This document shows, one piece after another, positions 39,112 through 52,399 of a DNA stretch of 64,000 nt. This DNA is from Eukaryota sp. GEM-RC1. Taxonomy: Eukaryota. Positions within the stretch are counted from its first letter, which is position 1. Every line of letters begins with the position of its first letter. Under the pieces are notes generated by a model, which was given only the letters and a program-made list of their open reading frames with translations, did no database searches and was not told where the DNA came from. The position numbers were made by a program, and so were the translations under genes. Where the stretch lies: NCBI GenBank assembly GCA_040285855.1, contig JAUFOQ010000016.1, forward strand, positions 2,666,001 through 2,730,000, in the 5' to 3' direction.

Positions 39112-39562
39112 AATTGATGGTGGGGACCGAGTTGATCGAAATTCTTTTTTTGGATGATCTTGCCTCTTGATTTCAAGCGAAACAGGCAATTTTCGAATGA
39201 CCAGACACTAAATGTTTTCTGTAACAGACTATCATTGTCACCGTCTGTCATACGTACGTAGCATGGCTATTGCTAGCATTCCGACCTAACAGTATCTTTA
39301 CAAGTAACGTGTTTCTAAACACTTGTTTTATAGAATCGATTCTTTAGAGAGTTTTCCAATTAGTACAAAACACACTCATTGGCAGTCAGTTATCTGACTG
39401 TGTTTTTAGTGCTAAAAAGCTGTGTTTATGATCAATACAGTGAAATATAAAAATAATAAACCCTATAGCAACATCGCAAATGCTTGGAACACAAATGAAA
39501 TGTACCTGTCACATTCAATTTCGTAAGTAAATGACAGTACTTTACATATATTGCAATTATTG

Positions 39563-39930
39563 CTACTCCAAGAGCTGAAAAGTCTTCATGCAAAATTTTG
39601 AAAATTGATCTTGATCAACAGTGGTGGAATCCATGATAAGTTCCTGACAAGGTAACCAAGGACCAATCAAATCACCACGACTTCTGTCAACTTTTGGCTG
39701 ATCAGAAAGACTAGACAGTGCAGGTTCAATTTTTCCATGAAAACCATTGGCCTTGAACATATTCAGACATATATCCCAGATACTATTGTGAATATTAGAT
39801 CTAGTATGAATAAATTGATGACAGTTCACTAAATGATGAAAATTTGAAACGATTGAACGACCACAAAGACATGGAGACTGCTTATAAGACAAGTAGGTTA
39901 TAAACCTAACCTAAGCCACATTTTAAGCCA
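39563..39930 (-). mobile_element. RLE non-LTR retrotransposon remnant (zinc knuckle + endonuclease)
   Basis: CLCG..HHLVNC..HN..KIEP..RGDL..MDSTTVD. Confidence 0.65.
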
Positions 39931-40229
39931 ATAGTGGTTAATGATTATCCAAAATTGAAAAATTTGACGAAAAATTTCTCACATCAATCGGCAAATTGTG
40001 TAAACAGTATTGAAAGAAATTTAATAAAAGTTATTGGAGAAGAAGGTTGCCTTTTTCTCTTTATAAGGCATTATTTAGATTAAGGATTTTGGCGGGTAAA
40101 GTACGTGAAACTGCTTCTACTACCTGGGTGAAAAGAAACTATTTTATAGGATGATTCGATTTTGAACGGTTTCTTTGCATTGAGACAGGAATGTCAGATG
40201 ATGAAGAGGTATTTGTATCTCATTTGTTA

Positions 40230-41070
40230 ATATTGAAATTCACGATTTCCAATTTAAAACAAAAGGCTGCTTGAACTGAAATTGAGCTTGTAGAAGTCTT
40301 CAACATACCAAAGTCTTCAACATCACCAACATCACTTTGTCGCCAAATTGCTGACAAACATTTCACAATGATCATCAATGGACTACAACATTTAGACTTC
40401 GATGTTTCCTTTGACCCTCTAAATTGCCTAATGAGCTTGAGCGTATATATGGTCAATTTGTTATTTTTTGTGACCTTTTGAGTTGTAACCGTTTCATTAC
40501 ACATCGAACTTGCATTCCTGATGCTGTCAGAGATCAAATTCATGATATGTGTAAGTCATACAAAATCGAAACTTTCGTTGAGCCACTGTTGAGATCACGT
40601 GTCATTAATAATTTTAAAAATAGTGATTCTGATCAGACTTTTGGTTAAAGAAGAGCTGATGTGATCGTTCCATCAGTCAATGATGAACTGACGGTTGATG
40701 ATGTGATTACTTTGAGTGTTTGTAAAAAAGAAGTGCATTTAAAGATGCTAAAAATGAAGTGTTATCCCTTAATTTTTCAGAACAGTTTAAGAGAAACAAA
40801 TGCGATGTTCCTTTGAATCCTGGCCAACATATCAGGCTTGTTGAGTACAAATTTTGTCTTTTGCAATTTCAATTTATGGGCGACGTGGTAAAGATGGTCT
40901 TTGTTTTCTCTCTGATTTTGAGAAAGTTGTCAAAAATAGAATGAACAAGAAATTTGATCTTAAATTTTCGTTGAATCGAAATCAATTCCTATTATGATTT
41001 CGAAAACTACATTAGCTCTCAGTATTTTCTACGCAGAAAAAGCTGATGTGAGTCTTAATGACAATGATTG
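40230..41070 (+). mobile_element. RLE non-LTR retrotransposon 3' remnant
   Basis: DLLSCNRF..DAVRDQIHDMCKSYKIETFVEPLL..RRADVIVPS; same family as 25778-26370 and 42880-43740. Confidence 0.68.
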
Positions 41071-41155
41071 TTGCAAAAATGTTGTTGGTCCACACACCAT
41101 TTTTCATAAACAAAAATGTTGAGTTCTGGTTTTTGCACTTTTCTTACTTCCACAA

Positions 41156-42118
41156 ATGACTTCAAGAGTTCCTATACTTACTTGTGATCCTAAAACAGAT
41201 CCATCTCAGTTTCTTACTGTTATAAATGTCGGAGACCACTCTGTACATTATTATGACCTCCCTTTACAAGGTCATCCTCGAATTGTTGAGCTTTCACGTC
41301 CACACTTTCTTGACTACATTGGCAGACTTGCTGGTGTTTCTCTCATTGTACGCGGTTCATTAAATTCTCAACGCCAAGAAGAGCGTTCACTACATATCCA
41401 CATCAGCGGACGAAGCAAAACAGGTGTTTCCAATGCTATTGCCCTAATATATGACACCATTGAAGGCCATCTAGACTATCCTGAATCCAACATTGATGAC
41501 GCTTCTACCAAGACCGAACACTCATCAGAAGTCCATCTCAACATCATTAACCCTCCGTCTTCCTTCAATCTTCGAGCCAAAGTTCTGGGAAGAGAAGGGG
41601 CCTACGTTAAGCACATCACCGCCACCACTGGATGCAAAGTCCAACTCAAGGGTCTTGGGTCTCAATTCAATGATCCAAGGACGGGAAAAGAAGAACCAGT
41701 GCCTTTGTACATGTATATCACCGGACCAACTCAACTACAAGTAGATGAAGCTCGAGATTTAGGAGAGAATCTGGCAACCACTGTTCGAAAGGAGTATGAA
41801 AGGTTTAGAGATAACGTTCGACCGAAAGAAGGTTCTACTCTTACAGACTTCTTCTCATGGGCTAAGAATGACCCAGGTAGTGCCCAGGTTTATGTTCAAC
41901 AGATGAAGACTCTTTATGCTTCACTGCAGCATTCATCTCTATTGTCACAACAGCGTTCTCAGCAGCAGCAACAACAGTCACAGGAACCTGATATTGATGT
42001 TGAATCTGCTCCTGAGATAGAGGAAGTAGACATGGATGAAGACATGGAGGATGATGAGGAGTCTGTTGTTGTTTCTATAGATGCACCGCCAATTAAGAGT
42101 TCTAGGATTGATGACTGA
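41156..42118 (+). CDS. KH-domain RNA-binding protein, KHDC4/BLOM7/RIK-like
   Basis: Intact 320-aa ORF with two KH-like domains: FNLRAKVLGREGAYVKHITATTGCKVQLKGLGSQF..EEPVPLYMYIT..LGENLATTVRKEY; Q-rich and acidic tail. Confidence 0.82.
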   Translation: MTSRVPILTCDPKTDPSQFLTVINVGDHSVHYYDLPLQGHPRIVELSRPHFLDYIGRLAGVSLIVRGSLNSQRQEERSLHIHISGRSKTGVSNAIALIYDTIEGHLDYPESNIDDASTKTEHSSEVHLNIINPPSSFNLRAKVLGREGAYVKHITATTGCKVQLKGLGSQFNDPRTGKEEPVPLYMYITGPTQLQVDEARDLGENLATTVRKEYERFRDNVRPKEGSTLTDFFSWAKNDPGSAQVYVQQMKTLYASLQHSSLLSQQRSQQQQQQSQEPDIDVESAPEIEEVDMDEDMEDDEESVVVSIDAPPIKSSRIDD

Positions 42119-42499
42119 GTTTGGAAAGTAATTATTTATTTAAATTGTTTAAACTTTTTTGATTTGTGATGTTTGGAGGTTTGTTTATTTTGAGATAATT
42201 ATTTAGGTAGGTAGCATTAAATCTATTTGAGGTTTGTTGTATAAAACATCAAGATCAAATAGTGTAATTGCAGTTGTCAATTTGCATGAACTACACCTGC
42301 TCATGGACCATGAGTCATAGTAGACAAGTGACAATTTTAGATGTTCAGTACAATTATGGCTGATCTACAAATATACACCTTTTATTTTCAATTAAAGACT
42401 GTCATCAAAAATATGAAGAACATTAACAAGGGAGCTATCAATAGCTCTGCACCATGTCTCAATTCAACGAGACGGTTTGAAATCGAACATAAATAAATA

Positions 42500-42820
42500 A
42501 TTCTTTAAAAAAGGAAAATGACAACCTTCCTCTTCAATAACTTTCACTATCCGTACTGCTTATACAGTGTAACGAAAGCTGTAAATGAATTGTTGTCCAA
42601 AAAGGCATAAGTTTCACAAAGAGAAATATCAAAAGGATATAAATCAAACGGTTTGTGTCGACAAGAATTCGTCTTGGTAATTAATTGACCATAAAGATCT
42701 AATATTTTCATTTCAGCTGTTTCAAGAGCCAAATAACTTTCGTCTAAAATTTTGTTAAAAGAAGTTGAGTTTCTTGGATCAACTTTAGTAAAGTCCATAA
42801 GTATTTCTTGAGAAGACAAT
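42500..42820 (-). mobile_element. RLE non-LTR remnant
   Basis: QEILMDFTKVDP..LETAEMKILDLYG..FDLYPF, similar to 39563-39892. Confidence 0.5.
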
Positions 42821-42879
42821 AGTCTGCAAATTGAACTTTTCTGCTAATTTCGAATGATTATCTCATCTAGGAAACGATG

Positions 42880-43740
42880 TTGTTGCTCTCAGTTTGAGTT
42901 GTAACCGTTTCATTACATATCGAACTTGCATTCATGATGCAGTAAGAGATCAAATGCTATGGATTAGTCTGATAAAATCGAATCTTTCATTGAGTCACTG
43001 TTGAGACCACTTGAGATCAATAATTTAAAATTGTGATTCTGCAAAGATTCTTGGTAAAGAAGAGCTGATATCATCATGCCATGAGTCTATGATGAACTGA
43101 CGGCTGTTGATGGTATGACAGTGTATGTTTGTAAAAAAGTGCAACTGAAGACTAGAATGTGTTGCCGTTAGGTCAACGTTGATAAGAATCAATAAGAAAC
43201 AAGAGTTTATTGTTAGAAGAGAACTCCTTCAAACATATCATCAGATGTGAAGACATCTACTAAAGGTATCGCTATCTTCACTAACAGATGCTAAAAATGA
43301 AGTATATCCCCATCATTTTTCAGAACAATCCAAGAGAAACAAATACGATCTTCCCTTGGCTGATCTCCAACATACAAACACATTGAGTACAAATTAAGTC
43401 ATTTTGCAGTTTCTATTTGAGAACGGCTTGGTAAGGATGTCTTCTCTCAGATTTTGATAAAGTTGTTAAGGGAAGAATACACAAAGAGTTTGATCATAAG
43501 TTTTTATGTTGAATCGTACTGTATAGTATTTTCCATCTTCAAAACAATTCATGTTATGATCTCGAAAGATCTTTGAGCTCTTGGTGTGTTTATGCAAAAT
43601 ATGCTTCTGTGAGAAGCTGACTGAGAATCTAAGGCTGTTGTTGCCCTGAAAAAGTTAAACTGCTTGTTGAGTTCAACAGCTTGTTTCCAAAGCTTCCTAA
43701 GTAGCACTTCTTTTGTATCAAAAGATTCATCAATAAAATG
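42880..43740 (+). mobile_element. RLE non-LTR remnant (decayed relative of the 40470-41070 copy)
   Basis: DNA match TTGAGTTGTAACCGTTTCATTACA..CGAACTTGCATTC..GAAGAGCTGAT with the 40478 region; AATAAA near 43732. Confidence 0.62.
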
Positions 43741-43829
43741 TTTATTGTAGAAGAATATGAGGGAAGAGTGTGATCCTGCATACTAACACAAAATCAAAAT
43801 GATAGAAAACGAATGATGAATTGCTGAAT

Positions 43830-44104
43830 TGTTGTAGTTGTAGATTTGTGTAATTTCATATTAGGTTTTTATCTTCCCCCTTACATCTATAGAGGTTCTT
43901 TCCTTATAAAGGTTCTCCTCTACCAAGTATGTATTCCTATAGTGCACAAAGACCAACAGTAATTACTGTGGGCAATCCCCATTCTACCAACTCACTATCA
44001 GAACCGCTCTTGAACGGAACCTCCCGTATCGAGTCATGTAAGTTCTTGGAAGACCTCCAAGCTTATGTTGCTGCTCTTCAAGCTTCCGAAGCATTGTCCC
44101 GCCC
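43830..44104 (+). repeat. 5' terminal repeat (LTR) of Gypsy family 1
   Basis: TGTTGTAG...TGTCCCGCCC; about 6 mismatches versus 50518-50792. Confidence 0.88.
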
Positions 44105-45811
44105 TGCTGTTGCCTAAGTGGAAGAAGAGTTTGAATCCGCTACCGAATCTGAAGATGAAGGTAATGAAGCCGTACAAGGTCCCGCCCCTCCCTCCAGAAT
44201 TGCTCGCTCTCTCATGCTTCAGTTCTGCCCCGACCCATCCGAAGTCTCTGTCCCGCCAGAGATGAGTCATATCATTCCTGTTATCGTTATCCGACGATTT
44301 ATCAGTCCTCGCCTCCTATCTGCCCTACCTCTTCTTTGCCCTGAAGCTGAAGAGGACAACGAAAAACTCCTTGCTTGGATCTTTTCAAACTCCCTGATCC
44401 ACGACAAAGCTCTTTCAGATCGTCTGCTATCCAAGATCTGCATGAACTCTGCTATCAAAGAATCATCTATGCGTGCGACTGGCCGATTATGTCCAAAGAT
44501 TCCAAGACTTGAGGAAGCAAATTTCCCACTTCATATACAAAGAGGACCATTTCTTATCTTGCTTCATCCGAGGAATATCTCCCTCCTCTGTCTCGTCTCG
44601 CGTTTTCTCCTCCTTCAAGAATGGAAGAATCTCATTCCTTGAAGAAATTCTGAGTCTTACCCGCCAACTTTTTGCTGCCATGCAACTTTCCTACTCTCTC
44701 GAGGAACGCCGTCCTCAACAGCAAGCCCCTAGCCGAGTGACTAACCGTCAACCCAGAAACCAACCTGCTCGTTCCTCAAGACCCTCTCCCTCCTCTTCTT
44801 CCCATCTCACTTGCAAGGAACCCGGACATGTTAAAGCTGACTGTCCAGACCCAGTTGCCGTGCTAGTAGATTCCATCGTCCTTTGTCTACTCCACAGTTC
44901 CCTGCTCATCAAAACCGCGCCCCAAGACCCTCTGCTGCTCGTGAGATTGCTCCTCGAAACCCTTCAAGAGACCAGCCAAGAGACCAGCCTCTCCATCGTA
45001 GGAACTCTAGAGATCCCACCATCAATCGTCGACCTAACACACGCTCAGCTAATCAACGACAAGTCAACTCAGTAGATACTTCTTTACCTGCTCCAGAATT
45101 CGTGGATCACATTCCCCTCTGTCTCCCAGTAGACCTTGGGATTGATGATTCACAGAGTAATTCTGTAAATGCAGTATCCACTCATCCAACTTCAGCCCCT
45201 TTTATTTCCAAACTTCCCAACAAAAATGATTTCCTAAAAATCAATCTTACAATTAACGGAGTACGTGCCATGGGTACTATTGACACCACTGCTAAGACCT
45301 CATGTATTACACAAGACATCGCCTTAGCTGCTAACATGGAGATTTCAGAGAAGCAAATCCCCATCTTGATTGCTAATCAGTCCGTGATTTACTCCCCCGG
45401 ACTTGCTTGTGGTTACCTCACTTTTTCTTGAGGGCCCAGCTAAAAAGGTCCACCTGAAGTCCACCTTACCTATTCTGCCTGGTCACAGCCAGCTTCTAAT
45501 CGGTTGTGACATTTTGACTAAACTGGGCCTTATGAATGCCAACGGTGTTTATATTAAACTCGATGAAGAACATCGAAATTTCATCTCTGCTGAAACTGCC
45601 TTTGACCAGTTTATGACTACTCCTCCTGAAGTGTTTGCTACTAATCCTAACTTTTCGATCTCCTCTTTCAAAAAACAACTTGAATTAACAAAAACCAGAA
45701 TTGAACTTCCCGCCACCGAGAAAGAGACTTTGATTGATGTTCTTGCTGAATTTGCTGAATCCAGTGACGTCTTTAGCGACCTGCCACATCCCGATGGTAT
45801 TGACTGCGAAC

Positions 45812-46440
45812 CATAGTTCGAAATGTGTACGGCACGTTCGGTAACGTACTCCATACGCGCACGCGGAATACGTGCGGCTTCTTTTTACCGTATTCCAACG
45901 TATTCTTCTTTTTAATACTCTTTTCTGTTAACCATCACCTATTTTATATTATACAATAATCTTGATGAAACAAAATCAACCACTCTTCAATAAGGTAGGG
46001 ATTCTGGTGTTTCCGTCTTTGATTAGCGTAAAGAAATGCCAAATGATGCAGGAGTGAAGCTTTCATCCTATTGCGTTTCTTGGTTTTAATGATGCAGTGC
46101 ACAATCCAATTTCTCTCGACAGCTGATTTACAACTTTGATTGGTACTGAACGAAGAATACCATCTCGTGAGGCATTTTTTTCCCACAAAGATTTGGTTGA
46201 ACATTTCTCCATTTCTTGCCATGATGGTTGTTTTTTGAAAAGGCACGTTTGTTCCCGTAATCATAAAACTCATTTAAAGCATCACTGTAATGTTCTAATG
46301 TAATGGACCATATGATAAAAGAAATGCAACACGTGTATATGTAAGAATACAGTATTCTCGCACGTGTTCTGCCGTACTCCATACGCGCACGTGCGAAATA
46401 CGTGCGGCAACTGAATAACACGTTCGCATTTCGAACTATG
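45812..46440. mobile_element. hAT-type MITE (629 bp) nested in the Gypsy RT N-terminus
   Basis: 14-bp TIR CATAGTTCGAAATG; 8-bp TSD CTGCGAAC (45804-45811, 46441-46448). Excision restores PDGIDCEPMRIPF (compare PDGIDCPPMEIPF in family 2). Confidence 0.94.
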
Positions 46441-49400
46441 CTGCGAACCTATGAGAATCCCATTTTCTGACGGATCCCGCATCGTTAGTCGACCCCCTAG
46501 GAACCTTAGCCCAGAGAAATTAGAGATTGCTAACAAAGAATATGATGACCTGTTCAAGAAAAACTTCGCTGTCCCCAATGAAACTAAATGGTCCTCTCCC
46601 ATCCGCCTGGTCACCCATGCTGACAAAGCTCCTCGTCTGACTTGTGATTTTAGTTGCAAGAATGGAATTAATGATCTTTCTCTTACCTTAGATGCCGATT
46701 TACCCAAAATAGCTGATATGTTGCCTGTCTTGTCGAAAGCCAAGTACATAGCTACTCTTGATTTACCCAAAGCCCTCTGGCAAGTCAAACTCCACCCTGA
46801 CGACGTGAAAAAAGCCTCCTTATCTATTCCCGGCCGATCAATTTCATTTACTCGTGCTGCTTTTGGCCTCAAGAACGTCCCAGCATTCTTTCAAAATTTA
46901 ATGGTCTCGTTCTTCGCCGATGAAGACATCTTCATTTATATCGACGGTATAATCGTATGTTCTGAAGATTTCTCAAGTCTACTTTCTAAACTCAGAAAAA
47001 TCCTACTGAAAGCCCGTGATAAACGAGTTATATTTGGCCTCCGCAAATGTGATTTTCTTACTTACAAAAGTAAAATCGAAATTCTAGGATGCATATTCCA
47101 AAAATCTCAACGCTCGATCATCCCAGACCGGATCAAAGCCATCTGCTCACTCTTCGCGACCAAAGATCTTATCAGAAGTCCGAAGCTTCGTTGGTTCAAT
47201 CAACTTTATTAGAGATTGGATCCCAAACCTCGCATCTGTCCTAGAACCGATTTCCAACCTCCTAAGAAAAACCAACAAAAACATTTGGACCTCCGAGACT
47301 GAATCCTGTTTCCAAGAAATTTTAAAGCTCATCTCCAGCAATATCCCTCTGAATTTGCCTGACCCCAATGATACTATTCTGATTTCAACCGATGCCTCCG
47401 GACTCTCTGGAATTATATGGGAGCAGACAGAAGACTCACTGGAACTCCCCCTGATCGAAAGAAAGACTAGACCTCTCTGCTTCTATAGCAAGAAATTCAC
47501 GGACAGTCAAAAGAATTGGCCTACCATACAGAAGGAGCTGTATGCAATTCTTGCTTCTTTGACTCTTTCCCCATTATCTTCTTTCACCCTGACCCAACGG
47601 TTCACTCTCTTTTGTGACCACAAAAATGTATTATATTTAATCTCAGCCCCAGAAAAGAACAGAATCGTCATACGATGGATCCCTATCCTGGCCAACTTTG
47701 AATTTGAGCTCGTTCACACTGCCGGTCAGGACAACCACTTCGCCGATCTGCTCTCTCGCTGCTTCCCCGAACCTTGATAACTCTAGTATTCTGATGTGCT
47801 CGTCTACGGTGCCGGTTGCAGTCGATGGGAGACACTTGATGGTTGAGGATAGCGAGTTATCCTCTTCACAGACTTCTCATCAACCCTCAGGACCTGTTTT
47901 TAGTAATAGGGCTTCTGGAGCAACGTCCCAAATGTCGACGCTGATGATGCAAAAATTTATCGAGCAGAGTGAAGGGCTCAGCAGAGAAGAACAAGTACAA
48001 CTATACTGGGAAAGAAAAGACGCCTTTTTCGCCGAACATAAACGACTCCAGAAACATGTAGACGAACTAGATGCCGAAATCAAACAAGCCGCTGATGAAC
48101 AACTCCGTCTGCTTCTGGAGAGAGATGCTGTTGTTGCTCTGGTCGAAGAGAAAAGAAAAGACCATGACTACCTAAGAGAATATGGTCTCTACATCGACGC
48201 TGACGGCCACATGTGTCAATTGTCCTCTGACTCAGATGATGAATTTCGTATCTATATGACTGACGTACCAGATCATATAGAGCTCAGTAGCTCTGATGAG
48301 TCTCACATCGTCATCGTAGATGATGAGCATCCCCCAATGCTCGAAGATCTGTCGTCGATCGAAGCGATCGATGCTGATTACCGTCTTTTCCCTCAGCTGA
48401 TCCGAGACACCTCGGACTTCCTGAGAATCACGAATTCCCCTTCAACCTCCGCTATAATCCCAGTCTCTTCTGAAGACGAAAACGACCTCTATGAACAATT
48501 CCTTGGTGAATCGCTTAAAGACACTCGCCTCTTCGACAACCTTGACAACCAACTGCCTGACCCTTGGAACCTCCTATCAACATTAACATCCACCCTAGAC
48601 CGGATATTCCCCTTGCTCCCTCGAACTTCGATTATGTAGGTATCCATGACAACGCCGGATACTACAGTCCTTGTACCGACCCTGCTCACCCTGATGAGGG
48701 TCCTTTTGATATTATGATCGCCACCCTTGACGATGCTAGAGCAATTGAATTCGAAATCGACGAAGACAACCTGTTCGCTGAACGTTTAACCATTGATAAC
48801 TTAGCTCACAACCCGCTAAGCAGTTCAGATAGTCACCTTCCCGAAGAAACTTCCTGGTCACAGATTCCCGACCCCAGCTACGTTTTTAACGATTGGCTTC
48901 AGCTCTATGCCAAGAACAAGAGAAAGCCACTGCCAACAACGACGTCACCATGACCACATACACAGAACTTATTTCTATGACCGCTAACGACAAAGATTAT
49001 GTGCTCACTTGGAACCACAGAAAGAAGAAGTTCGTTATTCCTGACTCCTTGAAACGACATTTACTTCTGACAATCCATGGATCCACTAGAGCAGGCCACC
49101 CGTCGAAGAAAGACTCTATCTCCGCCTTAATCAGAAGCGATTATTGGTGGCCAAATTGTGTTTATGACATGAATACCCATGTAAAAAATTGTATCCCGTG
49201 TCAAAAGACCGCTCCTGTCCCTGAACTGAAACTCCCCTCCTCCGGAAATCTCTGATCAGACTGCCCATTCCAATGACTACACGCTGATGTAATTAGCCCG
49301 CTATCTTCTGACTCAGAAGATTACAAATACATACTAGTATTTGTCTGCTCGTTCTCTAGGTTCACCATCCTAGTACCCCTCAAAATTCTCAACGCTCAGG

Positions 49401-50517
49401 AAGTCGCGTATGCGATACTCTGGAACGCGGTTGGCAACTACGGTATTCCATCGCAAATCCTAAGTGACAATGGACCGGAGTTCGCCAAAGCCGTTAATAA
49501 AAGTTTATGTTTGTTCTTGAACATCGAAAAGAAATTCTCAACCCCCTATTTTCATCAGGTTAACGGACTGGTAGAAAGAAGGCACCGAGAAGTCTTGCAA
49601 ACCCTTCGCCGCCTGCTCATTGACCTCCAAGCACACGCCAATTGGAGCACGTACATTCCAATTACCCAACTGATCCTAAACACCAGAACCAGTTCCATCA
49701 CAAATTTCACCCCCTTCAAGCTTATCTTCGGCTCTAAAACTGATCCCAGACAACTTCCCCTTCAAGTCATCCAGAACTGTACTGTAGATGATCACTTACC
49801 GCAGTATTAATACGTTGATTCCTTGAAACAGAAAACTTCCACTATCTTAAACTAGTGGAAAGAGGCAAAAAACTCCTATTAATCTCAAAAAAGATCAGTT
49901 TCATCCAGGAACTCTGCTACCAACAAGAAACTCATCAACGACATCCAACAAGGAGACTTCGTCTTGAAACTCAGTGAACACCCATTCAAGACTCATGGAA
50001 AGTGGACCGGCCCCTACTTAGTTGAGACTTTTTCTTATCACCCCTCGAATTGTCTCATCCGTAATTTCATCACAGGAATCTCGGTTAAATGCTCTCATTT
50101 TTCTCTTTGTCACGTTAACAAATGCCACACCAACCACTCTGAGAACGTTCTACAAGCCTACGCCGCTACCGACTCGGAAGAAGTCATCATCGACAAACTT
50201 ATTGATCATGACTTGACCTCTCCTCAAGACCCCAAGTACCTAGTCCGCTGGCTGGACGGTACTACCACATGGGAAGGCCGCTCTGTAGAAAATACAGCCG
50301 CTTACTACGCTTACCGCAGAAAGTACATTGACGAACCTCCTCAAGCTAAAGGTCCTTCAACTGCCCGTGCCAACTCTAAACTATACGCTGCTTGGAAAGC
50401 CCAACACCACAAGTCCGCTCCTGTTGTAGCCCGCAATCAGCACCGTATGGAAACAAGAAATCGTACGTCCCACTAGGTTATTTTTAATATGAATTACCCA
50501 ATAAGAAGAAAATGCAG

Positions 50518-50792
50518 TGTTGTAGTTGTAGATTTGTTTAATTTCATATTAGGTTTTTATCTTCCCCCTTACATCTATAGAGGTTCGTTCCTTATAAAGG
50601 TTCTCCTCTTCCAAGTATGTATTCCTATAGTGCACAAAGACCAACAGTAATTACTGTGAGCAATCCCCATTCTACCAACTCACTATCAGCACCGCTCTTG
50701 AACGGAACCTCCCGTATCGAGTCATGTAAGTTCTTGGAAGACCTCCAAGCTTATGTTGCTGCTCTTCAAGCTTTCGAAGCATTGTCCCGCCC
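50518..50792 (+). repeat. 3' terminal repeat (LTR) of Gypsy family 1
   Basis: 275-bp direct repeat of 43830-44104, preceded by purine-rich AATAAGAAGAAAATGCAG. Confidence 0.88.
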
Positions 50793-51758
50793 AAATTTGG
50801 GTTTTGACTTATCATGTACCATAAATTTTGAGTTATCCTGTTGATGCTGTATGGAGTTAGTGGACATACAATGAATGAAATTAAGTTGGTTTATAATCTA
50901 TGATTCTCATACTATGATAATCTACACTGTACCTTTTCACTTAGACTAATTTCATGCCTTCAGATGTTGATGAAATCGATTATACAGCACTCAGCTCATC
51001 TGTATGGATGCTCAAACTTTTGAATTATTGGAAGAACATCTCTAGGGGTGGTGTTTGAGTACTGGATTTGCACTGTATTGATGCACCCACAAATGATATT
51101 GTTCTTGAACAATCAGAGTTTGATAGTCATATCTTATCCGTAGTCGAGCAGTAGTGCAATGAGAACAATAAACTTTATTTGAAACAGTAATGGTTGTGTT
51201 TTACAATCGTAAAAGTTCAAACACTGTCAATCTATCAGAAAAGTGGGGAGTCGATTCCATCCTAGAATCAGGAGGAGGGAATGAATGATACGAAAGACAT
51301 TGTTTGAAGTTTCTAACATGTACAACGTTGTGCTCAACAGGAAGATCAATCACCATCAAGTGAGACATACGTTTCCAGGCAGTTCACTTCAGATAGTCGA
51401 AAATCCAAGAATGGAATTGCAAATGATTCTGATAATGGAAGATCAGGATCCGGAAGACTTAAGTGTGGTAACTGCTAGCAAGAATGACACGGTGTAAAGT
51501 GTTTGAGCTTATGAGGAAAGTGTGGAAACGAAGATCACAAGCTCAAATCTTGTTCAGAAGCGTAGACTAGATAGAAATCATTGTTGAAGATGTATGTTTG
51601 TGTAAGAGATTGGGTATTGAAAGTCAAAAGGTACACTGTCGTTTTCAATTAATTTGCACTATCACACACACTTTTGCTATAATCTTGACAGAATTGACTA
51701 AAATCTTGACAACTTCTTTTCACTTCCCCTCAAATATCTCTCAGTATAATTCATAATT

Positions 51759-52074
51759 ATGAGCTTAAATCAAAACATCGTCTTAAATGAGGGAGGACCC
51801 TGCAATCAATCCAACAACACCAGTTCCAAATAATTTGATGTCCTTTGAATCCTATGAAGATGCTGTTAACTCTCTGCAAAAGTGGGCCGGTGATAAAGGT
51901 TTCTCTCTCCGTACCGATAGTGGTAATGAAGGCCGTGGACGTGTTTATCTTTTATGCTCCTGTGCTTCTGTCCATAGACCTGGTCGTGTTAATGAGAACA
52001 ATGACATTGTTCGACGTCGCTCAAAGACAAGAGTTACGCAATGTGCTTTCAAGCTGTACCTTAAACTCATATGA
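51759..52074 (+). mobile_element. MULE/Mutator FAR1-type DNA-binding domain remnant
   Basis: SFESYEDAVNSLQKWAGDKGFSLRT..YLLCSC..RRRSKTRVTQCAFKLYL. Confidence 0.62.
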
Positions 52075-52399
52075 AATTGTAAAAACAAACAAATAATACT
52101 AGGATTAAATCCAAACGACTTCATCACCACCCGGTAAAAGATTTCGTTTTTCAACATTAACCTTCACACCAAACTTGTACAATTTCTCAATTACTAGTAA
52201 TCGAGAGAAATAGAAATGCATATTCCGATACATGGAAAACACTATCCGGTTTTTCCGATCAGCCGTTCTAAACTTACGCTTCTTTTGTTTACACAGTTCT
52301 TCGAAATTCTGGAAAAATTGATCAACATCAGGACTAAAAAGATTCAAAAAGAGAAACAGCCAAAGGTGGAAACACAAATTTGGAATATGAGTTTCGATT

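Larger units (their letters stand above)
43830..50792 (+). mobile_element. Ty3/Gypsy chromodomain LTR retrotransposon (family 1), decayed
   Basis: 275-bp direct terminal repeats; gag with CKEPGHVKADC knuckle; protease GTIDTTA; RT (LDLPKALWQ, FGLKNVPAFFQ, YIDG); RNase H (STDAS, QKELYA, CDHKN, ADLLSR); integrase (H..GHP..CIPCQ, SDNGPEF, NGLVERRHR, GPY); chromodomain YLVRWLDGTTTWE. Several stop codons. Confidence 0.93.

Noticed and set aside
46282..46872. Antisense ORFs over RT (also 54737-55318) and the many short ORFs antisense to the RNF213 genes
   Set aside because: Shadow ORFs of coding strands with no independent motifs.
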